A program made the translations under genes and the position numbers. 64,000 bases of DNA, taken from assembly GCA_045538455.1 (NCBI GenBank), contig JAZSRL010000006.1:48135-112134 (forward strand), given 5' to 3'. The notes under the pieces were generated by a model, which had not been told where the DNA came from, did no database searches, and saw nothing but the letters and a program-made list of their open reading frames with translations. Origin of the DNA: Clostridia bacterium (lineage in GTDB: Bacteria > Bacillota > Clostridia > Christensenellales > UBA1242). This document shows, piece after piece, positions 8,154 through 17,131 of the stretch. The number at the start of each line of letters is the position of its first letter. Positions within the stretch are counted from its first letter, which is position 1.

Positions 8154-9260
8154 TTATTCTTTGATTTTTAATTGATTAGCAAGTGATTTCCATGTGTTAT
8201 CGACAGCTTTTTGTTTTTTACCTTCTAACATGATACGAAGAATTGGTTCCGTGCCACTTTTACGAATAACCTTACGGATTTTGCGTGGATTAAAGTTTGT
8301 TATAACTGTTTCATAATTTTCCGGTAAATCTTCAATGTTAATGTTTTTACAAATTTGATAATAAGGGTGATACGAATTTAAAATTTCAAGTAATCCAGAT
8401 ACACCCATTTCGCGATAAGCATTATTAATTATAATCATTGCGTCTAATGCGTCAGAAGAGCCATTGTTTAAATCAAAATAATAGTGGCCGCTTTTTTCAG
8501 CTCCGAAAGGAATGTGGTGAGATTGCATTGTTTTCATCACATTTTGTCCACCAACTTTGCTTCGGATTAAATTAAAGTTACGCGATAAGCCGCTATTAAC
8601 TGTTTCATCAACAATAACTGTTTTATAATTTAGTAAAGTACCAATCAGGGTAGTGACTTCTTCGCTGGATAAAACATGATCATGCAAATACATCATAAAG
8701 CGGTCAGCATCTCCATCAACGGCAAATCCAATCTCTTCATTGTGTTCTTTGCAGTATTCTGCCAAAAATTCTGGGTGTGTTGCGCCACATCCTTGATTAA
8801 TTTCTCCATCTCCGCAGTTCACAATCTTGGTGAATCCCATGCTTTTTAATTTATGACCTAATCCGCCATTTGCGCAGTCAATAACAATGTCTTTAGGAAT
8901 CATATTAAATTTGTTGTAATTAGGAACAGGTAGTAAGTCGAGTGTGCTTTGTTCAAAATGATTTAAATAGATTTTAAATCCACAATATTGACATGGGTTA
9001 TGTGATGCAGTAATCATAACTGCCAAACCATTTTGTGATGCTAATTCGGGAGTTGTTGTAACACCTAAATTATGAATAGTACCAGGGAAGAATTTAATAA
9101 ATTCTTCCATTAATTTATCACTGCCTGTACGACCATCACGAGCTATGGATAGTTCTTGCCAGCCAACTGTGTATAAACTTTGTGCAATTTCTTTTGCAAC
9201 ATGATTTTTTAGCAGTTTTGTGGTTAAATCACGAATTCCAGATGTTCCAAATTTTAACAT
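8154..9260 (-). CDS. phosphohexomutase family protein (phosphoglucosamine/phosphomanno/phosphoglucomutase-like), compact
   Basis: 368 aa. FGTSGIRD, active-site Ser loop ITASHNPCQYCGFK, metal loop AVDGDADRF, sugar loop GAEKSGHYYF, phosphate loop IRKSGTEPILRIMLEG. About 80 aa shorter than typical family members. Confidence 0.8.
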   Translation of the reverse strand: MLKFGTSGIRDLTTKLLKNHVAKEIAQSLYTVGWQELSIARDGRTGSDKLMEEFIKFFPGTIHNLGVTTTPELASQNGLAVMITASHNPCQYCGFKIYLNHFEQSTLDLLPVPNYNKFNMIPKDIVIDCANGGLGHKLKSMGFTKIVNCGDGEINQGCGATHPEFLAEYCKEHNEEIGFAVDGDADRFMMYLHDHVLSSEEVTTLIGTLLNYKTVIVDETVNSGLSRNFNLIRSKVGGQNVMKTMQSHHIPFGAEKSGHYYFDLNNGSSDALDAMIIINNAYREMGVSGLLEILNSYHPYYQICKNINIEDLPENYETVITNFNPRKIRKVIRKSGTEPILRIMLEGKKQKAVDNTWKSLANQLKIKE

Positions 9261-9267
9261 TCTTTGA

Positions 9268-10038
9268 TTACTCCTTTATTAAATCTTTTAACCAATCCTT
9301 AAATTCGGGAATGGCTTTAAATGTCGCATAGGTCGTTGCTTGAGCAAAACCCAAAGGACTGCCAAGATCAAATCTTTTACCTGTGAGCTCGACATGGCGC
9401 AATTTCGGTAATTTATTAATTGCGTCAACTATATATATTTCGCCTTCTGTTCCATTATGTTCACGAATGTAATCTAAAACTTCTGGGACTAAGATGTAGG
9501 TTCCAAGTGATGCATAATTTGAAGGTGGATTATCTTTAGGTTTTTCAACAATTCCTTGGATTTCGTTACCTTCTTTTGGAATAATAATTCCGTAACGATA
9601 AGCAAGTTCTAACGGAATTTGATATGATGAAAGAACGCTAGTCTGGTGTTGATTGAAATCATCAATCAATACTTGATATGGATTTTGTTCGAGCATTAAT
9701 TCATCGGGAAAAATTAATAAGAATGGCTCACGATTGATAAAGTCTTTTGCAATCATTGTTGCGGGGCCAGTTCCTTGCATTTTAATTTGCTTGCCGTATG
9801 AAATATTTACATCAGGGTACATTCCATTAAAGTGGTTAACAATACATTCTTTGCTATCATTAATAACAATAAAAATATCTTTAATGCCAGCTTCAATAAC
9901 TTGATCTAAAATTATTTGTAATAATGGTGTTGTCTGTACCGGTATCATTTCCTTTGGTTGTGATTTTGTGTAAGGCATCATGCGAGTACCTTTACCTGCA
10001 CACAAAATAACAGCTTTTTTTACTTGTTGTTTTTCCAT
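9268..10038 (-). CDS. galU: UTP--glucose-1-phosphate uridylyltransferase
   Basis: 256 aa. N-terminal KAVILCAGKGTRMMPYTKSQPKEMIPV and LMLEQNPY..., GTYILVP. Typical GalU/GtaB. Confidence 0.88.
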   Translation of the reverse strand: MEKQQVKKAVILCAGKGTRMMPYTKSQPKEMIPVQTTPLLQIILDQVIEAGIKDIFIVINDSKECIVNHFNGMYPDVNISYGKQIKMQGTGPATMIAKDFINREPFLLIFPDELMLEQNPYQVLIDDFNQHQTSVLSSYQIPLELAYRYGIIIPKEGNEIQGIVEKPKDNPPSNYASLGTYILVPEVLDYIREHNGTEGEIYIVDAINKLPKLRHVELTGKRFDLGSPLGFAQATTYATFKAIPEFKDWLKDLIKE

Positions 10039-10139
10039 AAATGTAAAACCTCAACTTTTGTAGATTTTTATTCAATGTTTAAAAAAACCCTTGAACAAAA
10101 AAATATATCATGTTGAAAACTTACATCGCAACTAAAAAT

Positions 10140-11126
10140 TTATTTTATACGGAACATAAGCAATTTTTCGCGTACTTGTTCGGCTCGTTTTTGATCGCAA
10201 ACAATTTGGTCGGCAATATGTAAGCTGTGATTAGTCGCGATTGTTGCGGGTTGAGTAATAAAAAACAAATCATCGACTATGCGATTATTACGGAAAGATA
10301 AAATCTTTAATCCAATACCAAGTTTTATCCAAACCAATTGTTCAATGGCTTCATTACTTGATAATAAGTGTGCGTTAGTTAACAAACCCCAAGCGCGCAT
10401 AACTTTATCAATTATTTTGTCTGGGGATTTTTGCCACAATTCGCGTTGTAAACTAATTTCTGTAGTAGCAATGCGTGTAACAACTTGATCAATCATTTGA
10501 ATGGCTTCGATATCTGACATTGTTAAACATTCTTGGTTTGAAATTTGATATATGCATCCTTGCGAGCTACTGTTTTCACCATAAATTCCACGAATAGTTA
10601 TTTTTTGATTATCTAGTTCTTTAAAGATAGCAGTAATTTTATTTGTAATAGTAAGTGCGGGCAAATAAATCATTACGCTGGCACGGAGTCCGCCGCCAAG
10701 ATTAGTAGGACACTTGGTTAAATATCCTAAGTTAGGGTCTTTTGCAATATCAAATTCGGATTCTAATTGGTCGGCAATTTGTTTTGCTGTTTGATAAGTT
10801 TGGGCTAAATCATAACGGTTAGCGATTACTTGAATACGGAGATGGTCTTCTTCGCCAAGCATGATATTAGTTGTATTATCTGTGTTTGTAACAAAGACAC
10901 CATACTTGGCGTTATTAAGAAAGTCAGCACTGATTAAGTGTTGTTCAAAAAGGCTATCACGAACAGGAAGCTCATCAAGGTTGAATGCCTTTAAGTTTCG
11001 TTGATGGCGTGTAATGCTATTTGCAATATTTGTATAAAAGCTACGATCTTGATAATTAAAAGGAATGTGTGCAATATTACGCGCTAGGCGTATGCGTGTT
11101 GTTATGACGAGATTATCTAAGTTCAT
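10140..11126 (-). CDS. mcsB: protein arginine kinase McsB
   Basis: Track ORF trimmed to the ATG at 11126 (MNLDNLVITTRIRLARNIAHIPF), which matches the B. subtilis McsB N-terminus. EEDHLRIQ and CPTNLGGGLRASVMIYLPAL guanidino-kinase motifs. RGIYGENS. Confidence 0.9.
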   Translation of the reverse strand: MNLDNLVITTRIRLARNIAHIPFNYQDRSFYTNIANSITRHQRNLKAFNLDELPVRDSLFEQHLISADFLNNAKYGVFVTNTDNTTNIMLGEEDHLRIQVIANRYDLAQTYQTAKQIADQLESEFDIAKDPNLGYLTKCPTNLGGGLRASVMIYLPALTITNKITAIFKELDNQKITIRGIYGENSSSQGCIYQISNQECLTMSDIEAIQMIDQVVTRIATTEISLQRELWQKSPDKIIDKVMRAWGLLTNAHLLSSNEAIEQLVWIKLGIGLKILSFRNNRIVDDLFFITQPATIATNHSLHIADQIVCDQKRAEQVREKLLMFRIK

Positions 11127-11346
11127 TAATATACGGCTCCAATTCTTTTTTGAAATATAGGTAACAATCCGAACAGCCAAGGTAACCAGTTTTAACAAAG
11201 TCATTATAATCATAACCACAATTGCTACAGATTTTGGATTGTACATGAGGTACTGTAAAAGTTTTGACTACTGGGTCAGGTAGAGATTTCGTTGAATATA
11301 TTTTTTTGACCGGTTCTTGAAGAGTGATCATAAAATTAGTATACAA
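11113..11346 (-). CDS. mcsA: mini McsA-like zinc-ribbon protein (McsB activator homolog, truncated)
   Basis: 77 aa (72 aa if the ATG at 11331 is used). CSNCGYDYNDFVKTGYLGCSDCY matches the second Zn finger of McsA (CPKCG..FGCSECY). Overlaps the mcsB start by 14 nt. Lacks the first finger and the UVR domain. Confidence 0.6.
   Translation of the reverse strand: MYTNFMITLQEPVKKIYSTKSLPDPVVKTFTVPHVQSKICSNCGYDYNDFVKTGYLGCSDCYLYFKKELEPYINELR
11317..11345 (+). promoter_or_regulatory. possible sigma-A promoter of clpC
   Basis: TTGAAG (11317-11322), 17 nt spacer, TATACA (11340-11345; TACAAT is offset by 2 nt). Lies inside the 5' end of the divergent mcsA-like ORF. No SD before the clpC ATG. Confidence 0.3.
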
Positions 11347-11373
11347 TACTTCTTAAAAATACTACAATTAAAT

Positions 11374-13638
11374 ATGAATGTTTTGGGCTTTTCGGGAAAC
11401 TTAAAACGGATTTGGTTTTTTGCGAATCGGGCAGCTGGTAATAAGGGGCAAAAGATATCACCAATCCATTTACTCTATGCGTGTAGTCTTACAAACGATT
11501 GTTTAGCTTGTGCAATCTTAAATAGTGAAGGTATTACTGCGGAGCGTATTGCGGCAACTCCATCAGCTTTTTTTGCTGATAAAAGCGCCCAAGAGATTTT
11601 TACATTAGCGGAAACTCAAAGTCTATTATTGAATCACTCAGAGATTTATACCGAAGATTTATTATATGTATTATGTTCAAAATGCAAACAATCAAGGTCT
11701 GTTGTCGATAAAATTAACCCAGGCGCTTCAAAACGCATTTTACAAAAAATTACAAACGAAGTTCCTGTAGATCAATTAGCACAAGAACGCGTAGTCCATA
11801 AACCAGCGCCGGTTCAAGTAGTACAAAAACCAGTAATTGAACCCACAAAATTTACAGAATCTACTTCGACCAGTAATGCTGTGGACAACGGAGAATTGTC
11901 CCCATTTTTAACAAGCTACGGGCAAGATTTAACAGCAAAAGCGCGTGCCGGAAAAATTGAACGCGTTATTGGGCGTGAAGATGAAACGGATCGGTTAATT
12001 GAAATTCTTTGCCGCAAGACGAAAAATAATCCTGTGTTAATTGGCGAAGCAGGTGTGGGGAAGAGTGCTATTGTTGAAGGTTTAGCTATTCGTATTGTAA
12101 GTGATAAAGTCCCGGAAATATTACAGAATAAAATTCTTTATTCGTTAGATATTGGTTTGTTGTTAGGTGGTTCTAAATACAGGGGTGAGTTAGAAGGGCG
12201 TTTAAATAAAATTTTGCAAGAATTAAAAGACCGCGAGGATATCATCTTATTTATTGATGAAATTCACAATATTGTTACTAGTGGAAATAAAGAGGGTGAG
12301 ATGGGCGTTGGCGAAATTTTAAAACCTGCCTTAGCTCGGGGAACATTACGCTGTGTTGGTGCAACTACGATTGATGAATATCGTCAATATATTGAAAAAG
12401 ATCCTGCGTTGGAACGCCGCTTTGATCCGGTAATGGTTTATCCACCAACACCAGAACAGTCTGTTTCAATTTTGGAGGGTTTGGCTTCTGGTTTTGAAAA
12501 CTATCATAAAGTGCGTATTAGTCAAAGTGCTATCACATCGGCAGTTTTGTTATCCAATCGCTATATTTTTGATCGTAATTTACCAGATAAAGCTATTGAT
12601 ATTTTAGATAAGGCTTGCGTTAAAGCCAAAATTAAGGCAGGTAATAATACTTGTCCATTAATCACTAACAATGAAATTGCAACCGTTATTTCGGAAATGA
12701 CAAAAATTCCGTTGAACAAAATTAATGTCGACGATCAAAAGAATTTAATGAATTTAGAAAAAGAATTACAGAAAGTTGTTATTGGTCAAGATAAAGCCGT
12801 AAGTGCAATTGCAAAAGTAATTCGTCGTAATCGTAGCGGAATTAATGATGCGAATCGTCCGATTGGTTCGTTCTTTTTCTTGGGACGAACTGGTGTGGGT
12901 AAAACAGAAGTTTGTAAGCATGTATCTCAAATTTTACATGATACAGAAAAAGCATTTATCAAGTTGGATATGAGTGAATACAGTGAATCACACAGTGTTA
13001 GCAAAATTGTAGGTGCGCCTCCTGGATATGTTGGTTATGAAGATGGTTCAAACTTATGTAATCGTGTTCGTCACAACCCATACTGTTTAGTGTTGTTTGA
13101 CGAAATTGAAAAGGCGAATGCGGATATTTATAATTTACTTTTACAAATTTTAGACGAAGGTCGTTTAACAGATTCACACGGTAAAGTTGTGTCATTCCGC
13201 AATGCAATTATTGTTTTAACTTCCAATGTCGGTGTAAGTGAGATTCCAACCGATCATGATGTAACTCCGGAAGAAGAAGAGCAATTTATGTTGGAAGGTA
13301 TGCGCAAAAAATTCAGTCCAGAATTTATTAATCGAATTGATAATGTGATTGTCTTTAATACATTAACACGCGAAGATATTGAAAAGATTGTTAAATTACA
13401 AATGGATAAATTATCAAAACGATTGTCAGCGGTTAGTGTTAAAATGGAATATACCAGTGCTGTGGTTAGCTGGATTGCGGAAAATGGTTATCAAAAAGCT
13501 TATGGTGTGCGCCCAATTCGCCGCTTAATCCAAACTCAAATTGAAGATAAAATTTCGGAACAAATTATTACTCGTCAAGTTGAAGCAATTAATATTGATG
13601 TAGTTGACAATGTTATTGAAGTTCAATCAATTCGTTGA
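11374..13638 (+). CDS. clpC: ATP-dependent Clp protease ATP-binding subunit ClpC-like (two AAA+ modules)
   Basis: Trimmed to the ATG at 11374. Clp-N-like repeats, D1 Walker A GEAGVGKSAIVEGLA, Walker B ILFIDEIH, D2 Walker A GRTGVGKTEVCK, VLFDEIEKA, and RPIRRLIQ near the C-terminus. 754 aa. Confidence 0.88.
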   Translation: MNVLGFSGNLKRIWFFANRAAGNKGQKISPIHLLYACSLTNDCLACAILNSEGITAERIAATPSAFFADKSAQEIFTLAETQSLLLNHSEIYTEDLLYVLCSKCKQSRSVVDKINPGASKRILQKITNEVPVDQLAQERVVHKPAPVQVVQKPVIEPTKFTESTSTSNAVDNGELSPFLTSYGQDLTAKARAGKIERVIGREDETDRLIEILCRKTKNNPVLIGEAGVGKSAIVEGLAIRIVSDKVPEILQNKILYSLDIGLLLGGSKYRGELEGRLNKILQELKDREDIILFIDEIHNIVTSGNKEGEMGVGEILKPALARGTLRCVGATTIDEYRQYIEKDPALERRFDPVMVYPPTPEQSVSILEGLASGFENYHKVRISQSAITSAVLLSNRYIFDRNLPDKAIDILDKACVKAKIKAGNNTCPLITNNEIATVISEMTKIPLNKINVDDQKNLMNLEKELQKVVIGQDKAVSAIAKVIRRNRSGINDANRPIGSFFFLGRTGVGKTEVCKHVSQILHDTEKAFIKLDMSEYSESHSVSKIVGAPPGYVGYEDGSNLCNRVRHNPYCLVLFDEIEKANADIYNLLLQILDEGRLTDSHGKVVSFRNAIIVLTSNVGVSEIPTDHDVTPEEEEQFMLEGMRKKFSPEFINRIDNVIVFNTLTREDIEKIVKLQMDKLSKRLSAVSVKMEYTSAVVSWIAENGYQKAYGVRPIRRLIQTQIEDKISEQIITRQVEAINIDVVDNVIEVQSIR

Positions 13639-13865
13639 TAATTTTTTAAGTCTATTGTGCGGTGTTCTGAGTTTGAGTTTTCGTTGTTAGTGTTTTTTTG
13701 ACTAAAAAAATTTAATATTTGTGTAAGCCCTCCAGATAATAAAAACTTAATAAGTAATGATTGTAAATCGCTATTTGTCGTATTTGTATTATTGGGGTTA
13801 GCTTGTTTGCCAGTGTTAGTATTTTGCAGCAGGTTTAAAATATTAGTTAAAGTATCGTCTTCCAT
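13623..13865 (-). CDS. hypothetical small protein (N/T/Q-rich)
   Basis: 80 aa ORF convergent with clpC (16 nt overlap). No family recognised. Coding status inferred only from ORF length and its position in a two-gene minus-strand unit. Confidence 0.4.
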   Translation of the reverse strand: MEDDTLTNILNLLQNTNTGKQANPNNTNTTNSDLQSLLIKFLLSGGLTQILNFFSQKNTNNENSNSEHRTIDLKNYQRID

Positions 13866-13877
13866 TATTCTCCCTTT

Positions 13878-14087
13878 CTATTTTTGATTTTTAATCGTTT
13901 GAATAATTTGGGTTAGGCGAGTGCGTTGCTCTTCGTTAAGCATAGGACTAATGATTTTAATTAATTTTTCTAAATCACCCAGTGTTCCATTTTGTTTTTT
14001 TAATTTAATTTGTTCGGTAAAAAGTGTAATTAATTCTTCATTACTAAGTTTGGACAATTGGTCAATAATTTTTTGATTAAATTCCAT
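13878..14087 (-). CDS. hypothetical small helical protein
   Basis: 69 aa with ATG start, predicted all-helical (LSKLSNEELITLFTEQIKLKK...). Divergent from obg. Confidence 0.45.
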   Translation of the reverse strand: MEFNQKIIDQLSKLSNEELITLFTEQIKLKKQNGTLGDLEKLIKIISPMLNEEQRTRLTQIIQTIKNQK

Positions 14088-14121
14088 ATACTTTTGTATG
14101 AAAAGTTGTTATATTATGTGT

Positions 14122-15378
14122 ATGTTTGTAGATAGTGTTGATATTACTATTCAGGCTGGTTCTGGCGGTACCGGAGCAGCAACATTTTATCGTGATACTT
14201 TAACCATGTTTGGGGGGCCTAATGGTGGTGATGGTGGTCACGGTGGTAATGTTTATTTTGAGGGAACAAATAACCTTGATAATTTGGTTGATTTTCATTA
14301 TAACCAAAAGTTTAAAGCTGGCGATGGTGAGAATGGTCAAGGCGGAAATAAAACTGGTTCAAATGGGCGCGATGTTATTATTAAAGTTCCGTTAGGTACG
14401 AAGATTTTAGATGAGAATGGAAAACTTTTATGTGATATTGTTTCAATTGGTCAAAAATATATGGCTTTAAAAGGTGGTGCGGGTGGTTTTGGAAATACTC
14501 ATTTTGCAACTGCATCGCGCCGTACACCAAATTTTGCTAAAACTGGTGTTAAAACCAAACCATATCGTGTTAAATTAGAATTAAACTGTATTGCAGATAT
14601 TGGTATTATTGGTTATCCCAATGTTGGTAAAAGTACTTTATTGTCTGTAATTAGTCGTGCAAGACCCAAGATTGCAAATTATCAATTTACAACTCTGTAC
14701 CCAAATATTGGGGTAGCGCAAGTTCATGGGCAAAATTTGTTATTTGCAGATATTCCTGGTTTAATCGAAGGAGCAAGTGATGGTGTTGGTTTAGGGATTG
14801 ATTTCTTAAAACATATTGCGCGTACTCGTTTGCTATTACATGTTATTGATATTGCCGCAACCGAAGGTCGTGATCCGTATCATGATTATGAAGTTATTAA
14901 TCAAGAATTAAAAAACTATCATGCTGATTTAGAAAATAAAAAACAAATAGTTGTTTTAAACAAAATTGATACAGCAACGGAAGAACAAATTAAGCAATTT
15001 AAATCAAAGATTAATTCTGATATTCCATTGTTTGAAATTTCAGCTTTAAACCATACTGGTTTACAAGAATTATTAAGTGCTTGTTTACAAGTATTAAATA
15101 CCATTCCAAAACCAGAACCATTAATTGTTGAATCTGTTTTAGAAGAAAAAATTGATAAAAATGAATTTGCCGTTTCTGGTGGAAATGGGGCTTATCAAGT
15201 CAGTGGTCCGTTTATTGATAATTTAATTCGTGGTGTCGTTTTAGAAGATACAGAAAGTAACCGTTATTTCCAACGCCGTTTAGTACAGCGTGGCGTTATG
15301 ACAGAGTTAAAAAAATTAGGCATGGTTGATGGCGATACAATCCAAATTGCAGGACACTTTTTTACTTATACTGAATAA
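14122..15378 (+). CDS. obg: GTPase Obg/CgtA
   Basis: Starts MFVDSVDITIQAGSGGTGA (Obg fold glycine-rich repeats). G1 GYPNVGKST, G3 DIPGLIEGA, G4 NKID. C-terminal Obg-CT (TGS-like) domain as in Firmicutes. In-frame ATGs at 14098 and 14116 are alternative starts. Confidence 0.92.
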   Translation: MFVDSVDITIQAGSGGTGAATFYRDTLTMFGGPNGGDGGHGGNVYFEGTNNLDNLVDFHYNQKFKAGDGENGQGGNKTGSNGRDVIIKVPLGTKILDENGKLLCDIVSIGQKYMALKGGAGGFGNTHFATASRRTPNFAKTGVKTKPYRVKLELNCIADIGIIGYPNVGKSTLLSVISRARPKIANYQFTTLYPNIGVAQVHGQNLLFADIPGLIEGASDGVGLGIDFLKHIARTRLLLHVIDIAATEGRDPYHDYEVINQELKNYHADLENKKQIVVLNKIDTATEEQIKQFKSKINSDIPLFEISALNHTGLQELLSACLQVLNTIPKPEPLIVESVLEEKIDKNEFAVSGGNGAYQVSGPFIDNLIRGVVLEDTESNRYFQRRLVQRGVMTELKKLGMVDGDTIQIAGHFFTYTE

Positions 15379-15461
15379 GCATAGACATCGAAGATTTATA
15401 TGCAGGTTACAAATTAAAGCGTCATAACTACCATCATCGGGGTAATTTCTTTATTGTACTG

Positions 15462-16151
15462 GTGATAGTATTAATTGTTGTTACAGTAACAAGTATTGTG
15501 ACATTATTTTTGCGTGGTTTTAAATTCCGTGACATAGAAAATCAAGTGTTCGGGCAAGAGATAAAGACACCCGTAATGAAAGTTTGGTTGCTTGAAAAAG
15601 CGGGTTATGGCAACAAAATGGCGGCATTTAAAGCTGGCATAGGAGCGGCTCAAAGCGGTTTGGGTGTTTGTGTAATAAAAACTGATAATCAATGGCGGTG
15701 GGTTGCAGGGGTTTATAAAACATATGATGAAGCTCAAAAAGCTTTAAGTATGAATTCCGTTGCTTTAAATTTATCAATACGCGAATATAAAATCGAATCT
15801 AAAAATTTTAAGATTTCGCGTGATGCTGTGTTTTTGTGTCAAAATATTTTGGATAGAGCGGTTAGTGTTTTTGAGATACTGTTAACTTTAAGAGATAATG
15901 TTGAAGAAAAACTAAGTACAGAAAATTTAATAATGAAATTAACCACAGAATACAACCATATAAAAGATAATATACAAAAATTACAAGCTATAAATGCTAC
16001 ATTGAAAAGTCCATTAGTTGCAAGTGTTATTTATATAGGTAATCAAAATATTTTAAGTTTGCAAAAAATTATTTGTGGCAATAACTCATACAGTCTAGCA
16101 GATTTGAATACTGTTTTGTTAAATACACTTTTCTCGCTAGACAACTTTTAA
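15462..16151 (+). CDS. membrane protein with SPOR-like domain
   Basis: 229 aa with GTG start. N-terminal TM IVLIVVTVTSIVTLFL. The segment VWLLEKAGYGNKMAAFKAGIGAAQSGLGVCVIKTDNQWRWVAGVYKTYDEAQKAL resembles the SPOR repeat pattern. The start is uncertain: the frame is open from 15375 with no ATG. Confidence 0.45.
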   Translation: MIVLIVVTVTSIVTLFLRGFKFRDIENQVFGQEIKTPVMKVWLLEKAGYGNKMAAFKAGIGAAQSGLGVCVIKTDNQWRWVAGVYKTYDEAQKALSMNSVALNLSIREYKIESKNFKISRDAVFLCQNILDRAVSVFEILLTLRDNVEEKLSTENLIMKLTTEYNHIKDNIQKLQAINATLKSPLVASVIYIGNQNILSLQKIICGNNSYSLADLNTVLLNTLFSLDNF

Positions 16152-16182
16152 TAGTTTTGCTAACCTAGGATAGGGGGAAATT

Positions 16183-17130
16183 TTGGGTTTTTCTGAAGAA
16201 TTTATTAAAAACGCATCTGACGAAGTGGTTTCGCAATCAATGCAACCAGACTATGATTTCATCGAAGAAAAATTACAACAAGCGGTGGTAAATGTTGCTC
16301 GTGTTGCGCCTTTCTTTAACCCACAAGATGTTACAATTTATTTACAAGGTTCTTATGCTTGTAAAACAAATACAAAATTTCAATCTAAAATTGAAGTAAT
16401 TGTAGAAGTCAATAAAACTAGCGAGTATGACTATGATACGATGAAATTTGAAGATTTAAAATTTCGCGACAATTTTTTCGTTGATTTTAATTATTACTTT
16501 GATGTTAGTCGTTTTAAGCAAGTGCTTGCCGAAGAGTTGCGCAAACTTTTGGGCGTTAAGCCAATTCTTGGTACAACAACAATTTTAATACCTGCTTTTG
16601 GTACAATGCAACACGCTGTTGATGTTTTCCCTTGTTTTAAATATAAATATTTTTACCCAGATGGTGGAAGTATTCGCTGTAAATTAGTTCATGATCAAAA
16701 ACTTGATGAACATTTTTTAATGTTTACAAATTTACATACAAATAACGGAAATCTAAAAGATTCAATGACTAAAGGAAACTTTAAACGCATGGTTCGTTTA
16801 ATGAAAAATTTAGTTGCAATTAGTGGGCGTGAAGATAGGAATTTGCGTTTGGTTCGCGGATATTATATTGAATGCTTGCTCTATAATGTGCCAAATGAAA
16901 TGTATTTTGCCAAAGATGACAAATTGTTAAATGTGTTCTTGAAGGTTATAAACTGGTTGAATTTTGCTCGAATTGATGATTTCGTTTGTCAAAACCAAGT
17001 TTGGTCTTTGTGGGGTGATGCCGATGGTTTCTGGGATAAACATTCAGCGCGTCAATTTATTAATGATGTAATTGAATTTTATGAAGAGTTTCCAGATAAG
17101 CGTACTGAAATTATTAAAGATGAAGAATAA
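16183..17130 (+). CDS. Pol-beta superfamily nucleotidyltransferase, CD-NTase/SMODS-like, with non-canonical catalytic motif
   Basis: 315 aa. TTG start preceded by a GGGGG SD. GS motif IYLQGSYACKT. SKIEVIVEV sits where [DE]h[DE]h is expected. Later acidic AVDVFPCF. C-terminal helices KRMVRLMKNL...GYYIECLLYNVP are typical of CD-NTase/OAS-like folds. Confidence 0.55.
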   Translation: MGFSEEFIKNASDEVVSQSMQPDYDFIEEKLQQAVVNVARVAPFFNPQDVTIYLQGSYACKTNTKFQSKIEVIVEVNKTSEYDYDTMKFEDLKFRDNFFVDFNYYFDVSRFKQVLAEELRKLLGVKPILGTTTILIPAFGTMQHAVDVFPCFKYKYFYPDGGSIRCKLVHDQKLDEHFLMFTNLHTNNGNLKDSMTKGNFKRMVRLMKNLVAISGREDRNLRLVRGYYIECLLYNVPNEMYFAKDDKLLNVFLKVINWLNFARIDDFVCQNQVWSLWGDADGFWDKHSARQFINDVIEFYEEFPDKRTEIIKDEE

Positions 17131-17131
17131 T

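Noticed and set aside
11247-11373. CtsR operator upstream of clpC and mcsA.
   Set aside because: Only isolated heptads are present (GGTCAAA followed by ATATATT; AGTCAAA followed by TTTACAG). There is no tandem GGTCAAA-NAN-GGTCAAA repeat, and the sites lie inside the mcsA-like ORF.
15375-15461. In-frame upstream extension of the SPOR-like gene (..KLKRHNYHHRGNFFIVL) that would give a more natural cytoplasmic N-terminus.
   Set aside because: The extension contains no ATG, GTG or TTG before the GTG at 15462. I cannot support a non-canonical start or a frameshift fusion with obg from sequence alone.
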